This document shows, in pieces, positions 9,917 through 18,256 of a stretch of DNA of 64,000 bases. The notes under the pieces are model-generated. The model worked only from the letters and a program-made list of their open reading frames with translations. It was not told where the DNA came from and made no database searches. The stretch is taken from the sequence record NC_070958.1; one strand, written 5' to 3'. How positions within the stretch are numbered: position 1 is the stretch's first letter; every line of letters starts with the position of its first letter. A program made the position numbers and the translations under genes.

Positions 9917-10227
9917 ACACTGCAATCAAACTGATCATCTCCCTGTCCACCCGTAACAAAGACGTCTGCGACAAGATCGCAGACCTTCTCACCCTGGAAG
10001 GCGTGATGCACGCAGAAGTGGTGACTAGCCGTTCCGTGCAGTTCGTCACCTTCCAACCCGGCGCCACTGTGAACACCGGTCACATCGATTCCCGACTCGC
10101 AGAGATCGACGTATCTGTCCTCGGTACCATGCGTGATCAACAAGGCGACTTCCACGTACTCTGCAAAGTCGGGAAAGGATCTATCGATCTCTCCCAACAG
10201 AGCAAACTCGCGAAGGGTCTCTTCTAA
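9913..10227 (+). CDS. Hypothetical protein
   Basis: Overlaps the ligase stop codon (ATGA coupling); AGGAAA RBS. Confidence 0.75.
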   Translation: MNTAIKLIISLSTRNKDVCDKIADLLTLEGVMHAEVVTSRSVQFVTFQPGATVNTGHIDSRLAEIDVSVLGTMRDQQGDFHVLCKVGKGSIDLSQQSKLAKGLF

Positions 10228-10236
10228 GGAGTTAAG

Positions 10237-10512
10237 ATGTTTGAAGGTCGTGCTATTAATGTCATTATCTCGTTTGCAAACCAGGGTGCTTACACTGAGA
10301 AGATGATTGAAATGGCCGCCGGCAAGTTGGTAGTGCCAGGTGAGATTCATCTGGCACATGCCGACAAGATGGGTGTACGTTATCTCTGTGTATCCCAGCG
10401 TCGTGCGGAGCGTTTCGCAAAAGAGATTGGTAAGGATTGTGGTTTCGCCAAAATCATCACCCGTACCACCGATAAACAAGAAAACATCATCCTGATGGGG
10501 GTCCCTTCATGA
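10237..10512 (+). CDS. Hypothetical protein
   Basis: AAGGAG RBS. Confidence 0.75.
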   Translation: MFEGRAINVIISFANQGAYTEKMIEMAAGKLVVPGEIHLAHADKMGVRYLCVSQRRAERFAKEIGKDCGFAKIITRTTDKQENIILMGVPS

Positions 10513-10853
10513 AGAATCCGTTTGACGTGTCAACTCCTGAGTACCATATCCTGGGTCGTCACCATGTGGCCACCATTTCTCAAACCTACAGTTGTGCACC
10601 GAAAGTCCTGGGTGTTGAGCTCGGTGAAAACCGTGGTGTGAAGGAATGCAAGGAACTCTGGGCTCAAGGTAAACTCCAAGAGTTTATCGGGGAAACTACC
10701 GGAGATATCATGAGGCATCGTGAAATACTCCGCACCGGAGCGAAGCGGGATGACCTCTTCAAATTCCTCGATACAGGGAACGAGAAACCACTCCCGGTAG
10801 GTTCACTCGGTCTTGCTGGCTGGGAAAACTTCGTAAGCCAAGAAATCCATTAA
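10509..10853 (+). CDS. Hypothetical protein
   Basis: ATGA-coupled to the previous ORF; followed by a terminator. Confidence 0.75.
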   Translation: MKNPFDVSTPEYHILGRHHVATISQTYSCAPKVLGVELGENRGVKECKELWAQGKLQEFIGETTGDIMRHREILRTGAKRDDLFKFLDTGNEKPLPVGSLGLAGWENFVSQEIH

Positions 10854-10858
10854 TACAA

Positions 10859-10885
10859 GAGTTAGCAGGGTCGTCCTGCTAACTC
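10859..10885 (+). terminator. Intrinsic terminator
   Basis: GAGTTAGCAGG/CCTGCTAACTC stem followed by CTCTTT. Confidence 0.7.
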
Positions 10886-10909
10886 CTCTTTACTATATAA
10901 GGAAACGAT

Positions 10910-11611
10910 ATGAACGCCATTGTAATGAAAACTAACTCCTTGGACGGCAACAAAGTGGTTACTCTCCCGGCTATGTCCGACTACCTCACTATCGCCCGTC
11001 ATCTCTATCCCAACGCAGAGATGTTCAATCTGTACCACTGTGTGCATATCGAACTCAAAGAAGCACTCAACGCACTTTTTGACCTGGGGATGGCTTCAGT
11101 GATCATTAACGACCACTTCATCACCGCTACCATGGATGACCGCGGGGTGGTTCGTTGGTCAATTGACAACATCACCTACATAACCGGTGATCTCTTCCCC
11201 GAAGAAGATGATTACAAGAACCTGGAGAACAATGCGTCCCAGGCTTGGAGTCGAGTTTTCACAGCCTGGATGTGCGAAGAACATGCCGAAAAAGACTTCG
11301 TGGAGTTGATCTCTCATTTTGGTGGTATCAAGATGGAGAATTATGTTCCGGATGTCAACCTGAACACACTGTACAGTGAAGTACTCTTTGCAGTGATACG
11401 TTCCGAGAGGTCTGGTGTTACTGAGCTGTCTCTTCCTGTGCGACTCCACAATGCAGAAATCCTTGCAGAGTTGTCCAATATCGACAACACCGGGTTTGTC
11501 TTCAAGGTCTCTCATCCGATGATGGGGTTCCGGACAATTGTTAACATGGGTGGGATGTTCCCGTCCATCGAGAACATGAACGCTTACTGCAAAGCCACTG
11601 AAACCTTTTAA
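10910..11611 (+). CDS. Hypothetical protein
   Basis: 233-aa ORF with AAGGAAA RBS. Confidence 0.8.
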   Translation: MNAIVMKTNSLDGNKVVTLPAMSDYLTIARHLYPNAEMFNLYHCVHIELKEALNALFDLGMASVIINDHFITATMDDRGVVRWSIDNITYITGDLFPEEDDYKNLENNASQAWSRVFTAWMCEEHAEKDFVELISHFGGIKMENYVPDVNLNTLYSEVLFAVIRSERSGVTELSLPVRLHNAEILAELSNIDNTGFVFKVSHPMMGFRTIVNMGGMFPSIENMNAYCKATETF

Positions 11612-11621
11612 GGAGAACACC

Positions 11622-12236
11622 ATGAACTTCAACATTACTGACAAGCAATCCAAAACAGACACCTCTGAAGTCCGTCATATCGTTCTGGAAGCTGACACCG
11701 AGGTCCTGGTTATCGACATGGTCAAGCCTGTCGATAAACGCCGCCATCCGTCCCATATCCCCGTCGATGTCACCGTAAGCGACCATTACGGAAAGGTACT
11801 GATGTCCTATCCCAGCCGGCTTCAGCTCGACTCAGCTCTTATCCAGATCTACACTGAGCTGGAGCTGAAAGTCAAACTCAAGTCCTGCAAAATAGAAGAT
11901 CACGGAACCGTTCTGTTTTCACTCTCGGAAATAGCGATGTGTTTCGGAACCACGCTTACCCCGCATCTTCTCGATATGGAACATGAGTGTGTTCTCCCCA
12001 ACGGTCTGTATCTCGGTGAAAGCGAAGATCATCCGTATCGGATCACCGTCACCCGGAAACACTCTGCTGGTTATGCCGGTGACGTTATGACTACAATCAA
12101 GTCGGAATACACCGGGCTCGCTAACCAAGGAACCACGGTCCGGTCCTACACTCATGTGACCATTCCTACTGAAACCCCACTGACTACCGATGAGAAGTAT
12201 TTCTCGAAACTCCTCGAGTACATCGGAATGAACTAA
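11622..12236 (+). CDS. Hypothetical protein
   Basis: 204-aa ORF with AAGGAG RBS. Confidence 0.8.
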   Translation: MNFNITDKQSKTDTSEVRHIVLEADTEVLVIDMVKPVDKRRHPSHIPVDVTVSDHYGKVLMSYPSRLQLDSALIQIYTELELKVKLKSCKIEDHGTVLFSLSEIAMCFGTTLTPHLLDMEHECVLPNGLYLGESEDHPYRITVTRKHSAGYAGDVMTTIKSEYTGLANQGTTVRSYTHVTIPTETPLTTDEKYFSKLLEYIGMN

Positions 12237-12244
12237 CACTACAG

Positions 12245-12271
12245 GGTGAATTACTTGTTAGGTAATTCACC
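12245..12271 (+). terminator. Probable terminator hairpin
   Basis: GGTGAATTAC/GTAATTCACC 10-bp stem. Confidence 0.6.
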
Positions 12272-12292
12272 TATAACTTTCAGGAGATTGTA

Positions 12293-12688
12293 ATGATTGA
12301 ACGTAAAGACCTCATGTTGGAAGCAGCAGATGAAATCATTGACCGCGGTTTGAGTGCGCCAGCGAATGTCAAGAAGTTTCGTGCGGGTCCTGAATGGAAC
12401 CTCCACCTTCTGAATCATAAACAGTCGCGATCCTTCGTCAAGATGTCAAAACGTCGTCGAAAGATCTTTCTGGCGACTCTGACCCACTTCAATCCAGCGA
12501 CCGGTGAAATCGGTACCACTCGTTTCGGTAAGAAGAACGGTTGGGAGTGGATTCCCGTCACTCACACGTGTACCGATAAGCACGGGAAAGCTCTTGATAA
12601 TCTTCTCCAGAAATGGGCTGATCTGACATGTCAGGATGATCCTAAGCGTGTCTCCACGGGGATGTACAATGTTCCAGTTGCTAAGTGA
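12293..12688 (+). CDS. Hypothetical protein (possible distant paralog of 12913..13491)
   Basis: CAGGAG RBS; shares SKRR..K and (F/Y)xPxTGEI motifs with 12913..13491. Confidence 0.75.
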   Translation: MIERKDLMLEAADEIIDRGLSAPANVKKFRAGPEWNLHLLNHKQSRSFVKMSKRRRKIFLATLTHFNPATGEIGTTRFGKKNGWEWIPVTHTCTDKHGKALDNLLQKWADLTCQDDPKRVSTGMYNVPVAK

Positions 12689-12905
12689 CGAAGAAGTGAA
12701 AGGTAATCCCGGCCTGGATATATTTCTGACCAGGGCCGATATCAACCCTGAACTCAGGAGAAACTTGGAGAAACGTATGGAGAAACTCCAGTCGGTGGGT
12801 ACTTACAATCCGAGCTTCTCTATCAGGGCTCCGCAACAACCCAATACCTTGTCAGACGGCACGGAAATCGAGTTTACTGATCTCCTCAAGACTATTAAGG
12901 AGTAA
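12669..12905 (+). CDS. Hypothetical protein
   Basis: ATG 12669 (MFQLLSDEE); the C-terminus GTEIEFTDLLKTIKE is encoded by the 64-bp repeat. Confidence 0.65.
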   Translation: MFQLLSDEEVKGNPGLDIFLTRADINPELRRNLEKRMEKLQSVGTYNPSFSIRAPQQPNTLSDGTEIEFTDLLKTIKE

Positions 12906-12920
12906 GCCAGTTATGTTTAA
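12857..12920 (+). repeat. 64-bp direct repeat, copy 1
   Basis: CGGCACGGAAATCGAGTTTACTGATCTCCTCAAGACTATTAAGGAGTAAGCCAGTTATGTTTAA; 61/64 identical to 13468..13531. Confidence 0.95.
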
Positions 12921-13491
12921 AAATCATGTTCACGATCCAGTTACGAGTAACCGTGAAGTTCCGGAGACCGAAGTAGATTACGCGAAGCGTAAGTTCAAAT
13001 TCCACCGAGAACAGTTCTCGAAGTCCCTCAAAGAAACTTGGCATGATCGTGTGCTCAACATCAGTCTGATGATGGATCAACGAGTTCGTCACAACTTCCT
13101 CAGGGCGAGTAAGCGTCGTCAGAAGAAGATGATCGAACACATGTGTGGGTTCATGGTTGTGTATCACCCGACCACCGGAGAAATAGCTCCGCGCACCCAG
13201 CGGCACAACGGTCCCTATCTCTCTAGGAAAATAGAGTTTGTCGAGGAATTCTTTCCAACTACTATTTACGATCCTGAGCAGTTCAGAGAGTACTACACTC
13301 CGAAAGAAAGTGACCTAACACTCTGCATGCACTTCAACGACCCTAAACGTGAGCCGGAAATAGTCCCGTACACGCCGGGTAATATGAAACGTATCTTGGG
13401 GATTGACCCGAGTTTGACCGGAGTGCCGGATGCGATCTGGATGGAACAAGAAGATCCTGACGCCTCCCGGCACGGAAATCGAGTTTACTGA
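12913..13491 (+). CDS. Hypothetical protein flanked by 64-bp direct repeats
   Basis: Its RBS and start lie in repeat copy 1; its stop lies in copy 2. Confidence 0.8.
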   Translation: MFKNHVHDPVTSNREVPETEVDYAKRKFKFHREQFSKSLKETWHDRVLNISLMMDQRVRHNFLRASKRRQKKMIEHMCGFMVVYHPTTGEIAPRTQRHNGPYLSRKIEFVEEFFPTTIYDPEQFREYYTPKESDLTLCMHFNDPKREPEIVPYTPGNMKRILGIDPSLTGVPDAIWMEQEDPDASRHGNRVY

Positions 13492-13531
13492 TCTCCTCAA
13501 GACCATTAAGGAGTAAACCAGCTATGTTTAA
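13468..13531 (+). repeat. 64-bp direct repeat, copy 2
   Basis: CGGCACGGAAATCGAGTTTACTGATCTCCTCAAGACCATTAAGGAGTAAACCAGCTATGTTTAA; 3 mismatches to copy 1. Confidence 0.95.
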
Positions 13532-14159
13532 TTTTGCACAGAAACACGATATCGAAAAAGATACACTCGAGTTATTGGGTGATACTGATAATGGCAGCAT
13601 GGTCGTACGTGTTAGCGACGCTGGTAAAGGTACCTACGCCAGAACTATTACCATGGAGCTCACCAATCAGGGACAAACCTCTGAGGGGATGATCGAGAAC
13701 CTTCAGCTGTTTCAGAACGACCTGGAAACCATCCCGCTGATCCGCCGTCTCCATCACGGGATCAGTCTGGGTGTTTACTGGATCGGTGACGCTGAACTGC
13801 GTCAGGATATAATCCGTGCTCTATCCGAGTGGTACCACAAACTCAATGGCGATCTGATCGTTGATGAGTACATTGAGGACAGCTGGGGCGAATACACTCC
13901 TCAGATTGAAATGGAATTGGAGTTCAACCGTTCCATTACCTTCCAGTTGGGTAACTTCGACGTAAGCGTAAAGCGTACTGGTGAAGAAGGTTTCATTAAG
14001 GATGTGGTCAAGGTCTCCATGGCGAATGGTCAGGCCAGCATCTGCACTTCGATCGTCAAGGACTGGGGGAAAAACCCGGAAATTCCTTGTAAAGAACTCT
14101 ATGTCTCCATAATTGAAGAACATTTCGGAGCTTTTAAAGTAGAACCTAAAGGAGAGTAA
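13524..14159 (+). CDS. Hypothetical protein
   Basis: 211-aa ORF; its RBS and start lie in repeat copy 2. Confidence 0.8.
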   Translation: MFNFAQKHDIEKDTLELLGDTDNGSMVVRVSDAGKGTYARTITMELTNQGQTSEGMIENLQLFQNDLETIPLIRRLHHGISLGVYWIGDAELRQDIIRALSEWYHKLNGDLIVDEYIEDSWGEYTPQIEMELEFNRSITFQLGNFDVSVKRTGEEGFIKDVVKVSMANGQASICTSIVKDWGKNPEIPCKELYVSIIEEHFGAFKVEPKGE

Positions 14160-14162
14160 TTT

Positions 14163-14708
14163 TTGTCACCTGAACATCCCGAAGGCGACTACGCTTATAC
14201 CGATGGATCATCTTTGGAGAACGCCAATCCAAATGGTGGTCCTGGTGGTGTTGGTGTGCACGCCAGAATAAACGGGGAAATCAAAGAGTGGGGTATTGGT
14301 TATCACAAGACGACCAATAACCGTATGGAGATACGGGCCGTTATTTTTATCCTCGAGCAATTTGAGGAACCTACAAAGATCACTGTGTTCACAGACTCCC
14401 AGTACACCATCGATGCAATCACGAAATGGATTCATGGATGGAAACGGAACAACTGGATCACTGGCGCAGGTCTCCCTGTTAAGAACAAAGATCTCTTTGA
14501 GAAACTCGATGCACTCATGAAACTCCATGATGTGACGTTGTCCAAGGTAAAGGGTCACTCCGGTATTCCCGGCAATGAAGCAGCGGATAAACTCGCTGGT
14601 GATGCGGCCAGGGCACCTACTATGGATGACGAGGGTTTCATTCCTCCTAGCCAACAACCCAAACCACCTCCCGGTTACACACCTTGGTGGAAACAACGCA
14701 AAAAGTAA
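14163..14708 (+). CDS. rnhA: Ribonuclease HI
   Basis: YTDGS...GPGG.G, TTNNRMEI, FTDSQY, WIHGWKRNNW and VKGHSGIPGNEAADKLA motifs; TTG start after GGAGAG. Confidence 0.95.
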   Translation: MSPEHPEGDYAYTDGSSLENANPNGGPGGVGVHARINGEIKEWGIGYHKTTNNRMEIRAVIFILEQFEEPTKITVFTDSQYTIDAITKWIHGWKRNNWITGAGLPVKNKDLFEKLDALMKLHDVTLSKVKGHSGIPGNEAADKLAGDAARAPTMDDEGFIPPSQQPKPPPGYTPWWKQRKK

Positions 14709-14717
14709 TTGGGAACT

Positions 14718-14747
14718 GGCTGACTGGACCGTTTGGTTCAGTCAGTC
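14718..14747 (+). terminator. Intrinsic terminator
   Basis: GGCTGACTGGACC-GTTT-GGTTCAGTCAGTC stem followed by a T-rich run. Confidence 0.7.
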
Positions 14748-14799
14748 TTTCCTTATTTCTATTATTTTTTGTACGACTAACCTAACTAGAGGTAAATCT

Positions 14800-16365
14800 A
14801 TGTCAGTTTTGTTCTCTGCCTTCCCGGGTACGGGGAAGAGCACGCTGTGTAAAACAGCGGAAAATCATGGTCTCATTCGGTGTCATGTCACCAAGGATGA
14901 AACCGGTTCTATCATCGTCGACATTCCCAGTGTGGAATCCCCGGACACCAGTGTCTACCTTTACGATAGCGACAGTTCCAACTTCCCCAAAGACGGGTTC
15001 CCTGGGAACTACATCGAACACATCAAAGAAACCCTGGGTCGTCACAAGCATGTGATCATGCTGTTGTCATCCCACGAGGAAGTGCGCTCAGCGCTCCGTG
15101 ACAACGATCTGAACTACCAACTGGTATATCCGGGTCTGGATCTCAAGGAAGAGTACCTGGAGCGTTACAGAGAGCGTGGATCGCCTGAAGGGTTTATCAA
15201 CCTGATGGAATCTCGTTGGGAAGAGTTTGTGGAGTCCTGCGGTGATAAGGATCCTTCCCCTGAACTGCGTAAACATCAGCTCTCTGCCGGACAAGGTCTC
15301 ATCGATGTCGCCCAGCCGTTCATCGACACTGAACTCGCGAGTGTCGAGAAACCGACCCCCGCTACACCGGCTACCCTCCCGTCCAAACTGGAGTTGAAGG
15401 AACTCTTCGCTGCTGCCACCGCAGACTTGATCGCTATCACCGAAAACAAAGATAAGTTGGTGCAAGAACAAATCGATGGTCAAGAAGCTGCTGGTGATAC
15501 ATTCGATGTTATTGCGGCTTATGCCCGTGATCAGTACGGTGTAGAGATCACTCCGGATATCGCCGGCGTGGAATCCTTCATGGATCAGTTGAAGACTGTA
15601 CTGAAGAAGGCTGGTGAATTTCTGAAGGGTCAACCTGATAAGCGCGATCTCGTTCAGATCAAGAAGTACATCAGTGAAGCCCAGAAAGCCATCAAGGTTT
15701 ATAGCAGCTCTAGCTGGCTGGATAAACAGGTGTTCAAGACAGAAATGATCTCTGTCCCTTCTATGCCTGGTGCACTCAAAGTCATCACCAAACTGGATGA
15801 TGTCGATCAGATCGTTTCCCCTGTGATGTCACAGATCGAAAAGGATTTCAACGTACAGAAGAAGTTCAGTGTCCAACAGCTCCCTGCTGGCCTGAAAGTC
15901 TTCCGCAAGTACGAAAATAAATCCCTCACCGAAGCTACACAAGCCGAAGCCGTGAAAGACATCGAAGCGATGTTCAAAGAACGTCCGGCCGGGCCAGATC
16001 TGGTTAAACTGGTGGCGCCTTTGATGGGTGACCGAGTGGAAGGACGTACGCACCTTCATCCTCTCGATAAAGCTGGTGTCAAGAAAGCAGTGGGGTTCAT
16101 TGAAACCTACTCTGGTTTCTGTTACCGTCTGGAAATGGAAGAACTGGAAGTCGCTGAGTCCGGGGTGTCGTTTGACGACTTGTGGGATTCGATATTCTGG
16201 TCTGACATTCACGACGAGGAACTGAACGCGGTTCGGAAACTCCTGAAGACCATCGAATGGGAAAACATCACTGACTCCATGGGCGCCATTAATGGCTCTT
16301 ACGAGAAAGCGATACTTCCGATTCTCCAATTCCTCGAGAATTGGATTCTCTACTCTGTGGAGTAA
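14800..16365 (+). CDS. P-loop NTPase domain fused to a putative virion/head-protein-like domain
   Basis: Start ATG 14800 after GAGGT; Walker A AFPGTGKST, DSDSS, SSHEEVR and LVYP motifs of a small phage P-loop family; C-terminal half begins near AGVESFMDQLKTVLKKAGEFL. Confidence 0.75.
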   Translation: MSVLFSAFPGTGKSTLCKTAENHGLIRCHVTKDETGSIIVDIPSVESPDTSVYLYDSDSSNFPKDGFPGNYIEHIKETLGRHKHVIMLLSSHEEVRSALRDNDLNYQLVYPGLDLKEEYLERYRERGSPEGFINLMESRWEEFVESCGDKDPSPELRKHQLSAGQGLIDVAQPFIDTELASVEKPTPATPATLPSKLELKELFAAATADLIAITENKDKLVQEQIDGQEAAGDTFDVIAAYARDQYGVEITPDIAGVESFMDQLKTVLKKAGEFLKGQPDKRDLVQIKKYISEAQKAIKVYSSSSWLDKQVFKTEMISVPSMPGALKVITKLDDVDQIVSPVMSQIEKDFNVQKKFSVQQLPAGLKVFRKYENKSLTEATQAEAVKDIEAMFKERPAGPDLVKLVAPLMGDRVEGRTHLHPLDKAGVKKAVGFIETYSGFCYRLEMEELEVAESGVSFDDLWDSIFWSDIHDEELNAVRKLLKTIEWENITDSMGAINGSYEKAILPILQFLENWILYSVE

Positions 16366-16380
16366 AAAGATACGACAAAA

Positions 16381-16411
16381 GGGATGGCTTGGGTAGACCC
16401 CAAGTCATCTC
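16381..16411 (+). terminator. Intrinsic terminator
   Basis: GGGATGGCTTGGG/CCCAAGTCATCTC stem followed by TTATTTTTG. Confidence 0.7.
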
Positions 16412-16429
16412 TTATTTTTGGGTTGTCAT

Positions 16430-16813
16430 ATGAAAACTGAAAACAAAGATGAACTGCTGATAAAACAGTTCATGGCTCGGAAGGCATTTAGCCCAACCGA
16501 CATCATCGCCGATATACTCGGTCCTGCAAGCGTTTACTATCGGAAAATCACCAAACGGTTTGCCGAAGAAGTGGAAACACTCAAGAAGGATCTGAAGCAT
16601 GGTATCGTTCATGCTGAATTCCCCAAAGAGTTCTGTCCTGTCACTGGTGCCCATGTGGAATACGTCTACATCGATCCCAGCGACGATCATGTTTATTTCT
16701 CACTGGCTAGCAATCGCCCCGCCTTCGAGAATAAACTTCAGCACTTGCGTTTTTCTTACACCTACCTCCCCACACTCGCTAAGATTGAATTGGGTGTAAA
16801 ACTCGCAGTGTGA
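16430..16813 (+). CDS. Hypothetical protein
   Basis: ATG 16430 (MKTENK). Confidence 0.7.
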   Translation: MKTENKDELLIKQFMARKAFSPTDIIADILGPASVYYRKITKRFAEEVETLKKDLKHGIVHAEFPKEFCPVTGAHVEYVYIDPSDDHVYFSLASNRPAFENKLQHLRFSYTYLPTLAKIELGVKLAV

Positions 16814-16840
16814 TTTTAGTCACGCTATAAATGTTTGGAT

Positions 16841-16858
16841 AGATATTATCATAGTGTC
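16841..16858 (+). promoter_or_regulatory. Putative phage promoter motif, copy 2
   Basis: AGATATTATC-atag-TGTC. Confidence 0.65.
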
Positions 16859-16929
16859 CAGACCAGATAAGTATGGGAGGATGTATGATAAAATTTAGGA
16901 TCTTTTGCGGTACATTATGGGAGTTAATC

Positions 16930-17052
16930 GTGAAAGAAACTAAGAACCATAAGCGTGGCGTTACAGCAGCAATCATCATCCTTCTTACCTGGGTTGGTGC
17001 TTACGCGACTGTGAAGTACCTGTTTAAAGCAGGTGAGCTTATGTTACCATAA
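16930..17052 (+). CDS. Small single-TM membrane protein (not in the ORF track)
   Basis: GGAG-N6-GTG start; 40 aa MKETKNHKRGVTAAIIILLTWVGAYATVKYLFKAGELMLP. An upstream in-frame ATG at 16885 is also possible. Confidence 0.55.
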   Translation: MKETKNHKRGVTAAIIILLTWVGAYATVKYLFKAGELMLP

Positions 17053-17107
17053 CCATCAGTAGTCTCACCGTTTGGTGAGACTACTACCTTTATGTTTGGA
17101 GTTTCTT

Positions 17108-18256
17108 ATGTCCGGCAAGAAAGATAAGGTTGTTAAAGTAGAAGAACAAACCCTCCTCGAACCCACGCCAGTGGACGTCAAACCCAATAACGATGTGTTC
17201 GACTCTATGGCGTTGGAAATGACCCCTCACGCCAAATCCAACGGTATTCCTGAACTGTTGATCGGGAAGACCAAATTGGAAATGATCCCATGTGAAGATC
17301 CGCCCGCGCGCCGTTACTATATGGGTGGACATGGTACTCCATACCACCGGGGTAAGAACGCACCATACGTATGTCAACCCACCGGCATCCTGGAAGCACC
17401 GAAATGGTACCAAGCGCATTACCGTGGGTTGGAGATCTATGCCGCTGGTGACACTACCATCGAACTGGGTGAGTATGTAACAGGTCGTTCCGATCGTAAA
17501 TCGGTGCTCGTTGTTGTGGACTCCACCGTCAAGATACAGCACGGTGAAGTATCAGCCACTTTGGTGATCGGGGAATCGATCCTGGAAACTGATCGCATTC
17601 ACGTGTGGGGTTCCGACACCAACATTTCCAAATCCACCCTTATCTGTCTGGGTGGAAACATCACTCTGGAAGATAGCGATGTCAGAGATGTCCGCGTCAA
17701 TTCTGGCTGCGATATCCGACTCGATCGTTCGAGTATCGAGAACATCACCCTGGCTCCGATTCTCAGTCTGGCATTGGAGAGCTGCTCCATCACTTCCCAT
17801 GATGCAACCTACGCATATGTCGACACCAACGCCAACACGACACTGCACATCAGTCGGTGCAGGGATGTAAAACTCCCGGTGGTGGAACTCCAAGATAGGA
17901 AAATCGAGATCTATCACCGCGCCCACTTTGGGATGCTTCAGGGTGTGGGTGGTGCTGGGTTCGCCAGGTCTACCGATAACGGTATGGTCATCAGCGGTAA
18001 GGAATATGATATCATCACCATCTCTACGTTCTTGAAGATGATGGAGCAAGGCGATGGTTATCAAGAACTGGTTAGTTACAGTGACAAGTTCGAGCCGCTT
18101 TACAATGCGTTCTTTGGCGATCGTTCTTACGTACGTCCCGAAAAGAATTCTGAGTTCGGGGCTTACGAAGAAATGTTCATCAACTATCTGGGTGTCATTC
18201 TGGCCAGGTTGGAGCTGTTCAAAATCATCGAGAGTGTAAAACGAGGTGAGAAATGA
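17108..18256 (+). CDS. Hypothetical beta-helix-like repeat protein (paralog of 18253..19362)
   Basis: GGAG RBS before ATG 17108; I/V/S/D-rich short repeats; shared HRAHFG motif and C-terminal IN..I..++.LF.II. Confidence 0.8.
   Translation: MSGKKDKVVKVEEQTLLEPTPVDVKPNNDVFDSMALEMTPHAKSNGIPELLIGKTKLEMIPCEDPPARRYYMGGHGTPYHRGKNAPYVCQPTGILEAPKWYQAHYRGLEIYAAGDTTIELGEYVTGRSDRKSVLVVVDSTVKIQHGEVSATLVIGESILETDRIHVWGSDTNISKSTLICLGGNITLEDSDVRDVRVNSGCDIRLDRSSIENITLAPILSLALESCSITSHDATYAYVDTNANTTLHISRCRDVKLPVVELQDRKIEIYHRAHFGMLQGVGGAGFARSTDNGMVISGKEYDIITISTFLKMMEQGDGYQELVSYSDKFEPLYNAFFGDRSYVRPEKNSEFGAYEEMFINYLGVILARLELFKIIESVKRGEK

Noticed and set aside
12857-13531. 64-bp repeats as attL/attR of an integrated element or IS target duplication
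   Set aside because: No integrase, transposase or terminal inverted repeats are present; kept only as a recombination cassette.
14575-14799. 5' extension of the P-loop ORF given in the ORF track
   Set aside because: It overlaps rnhA and runs through a terminator hairpin; ATG 14800 has an RBS and begins the domain.
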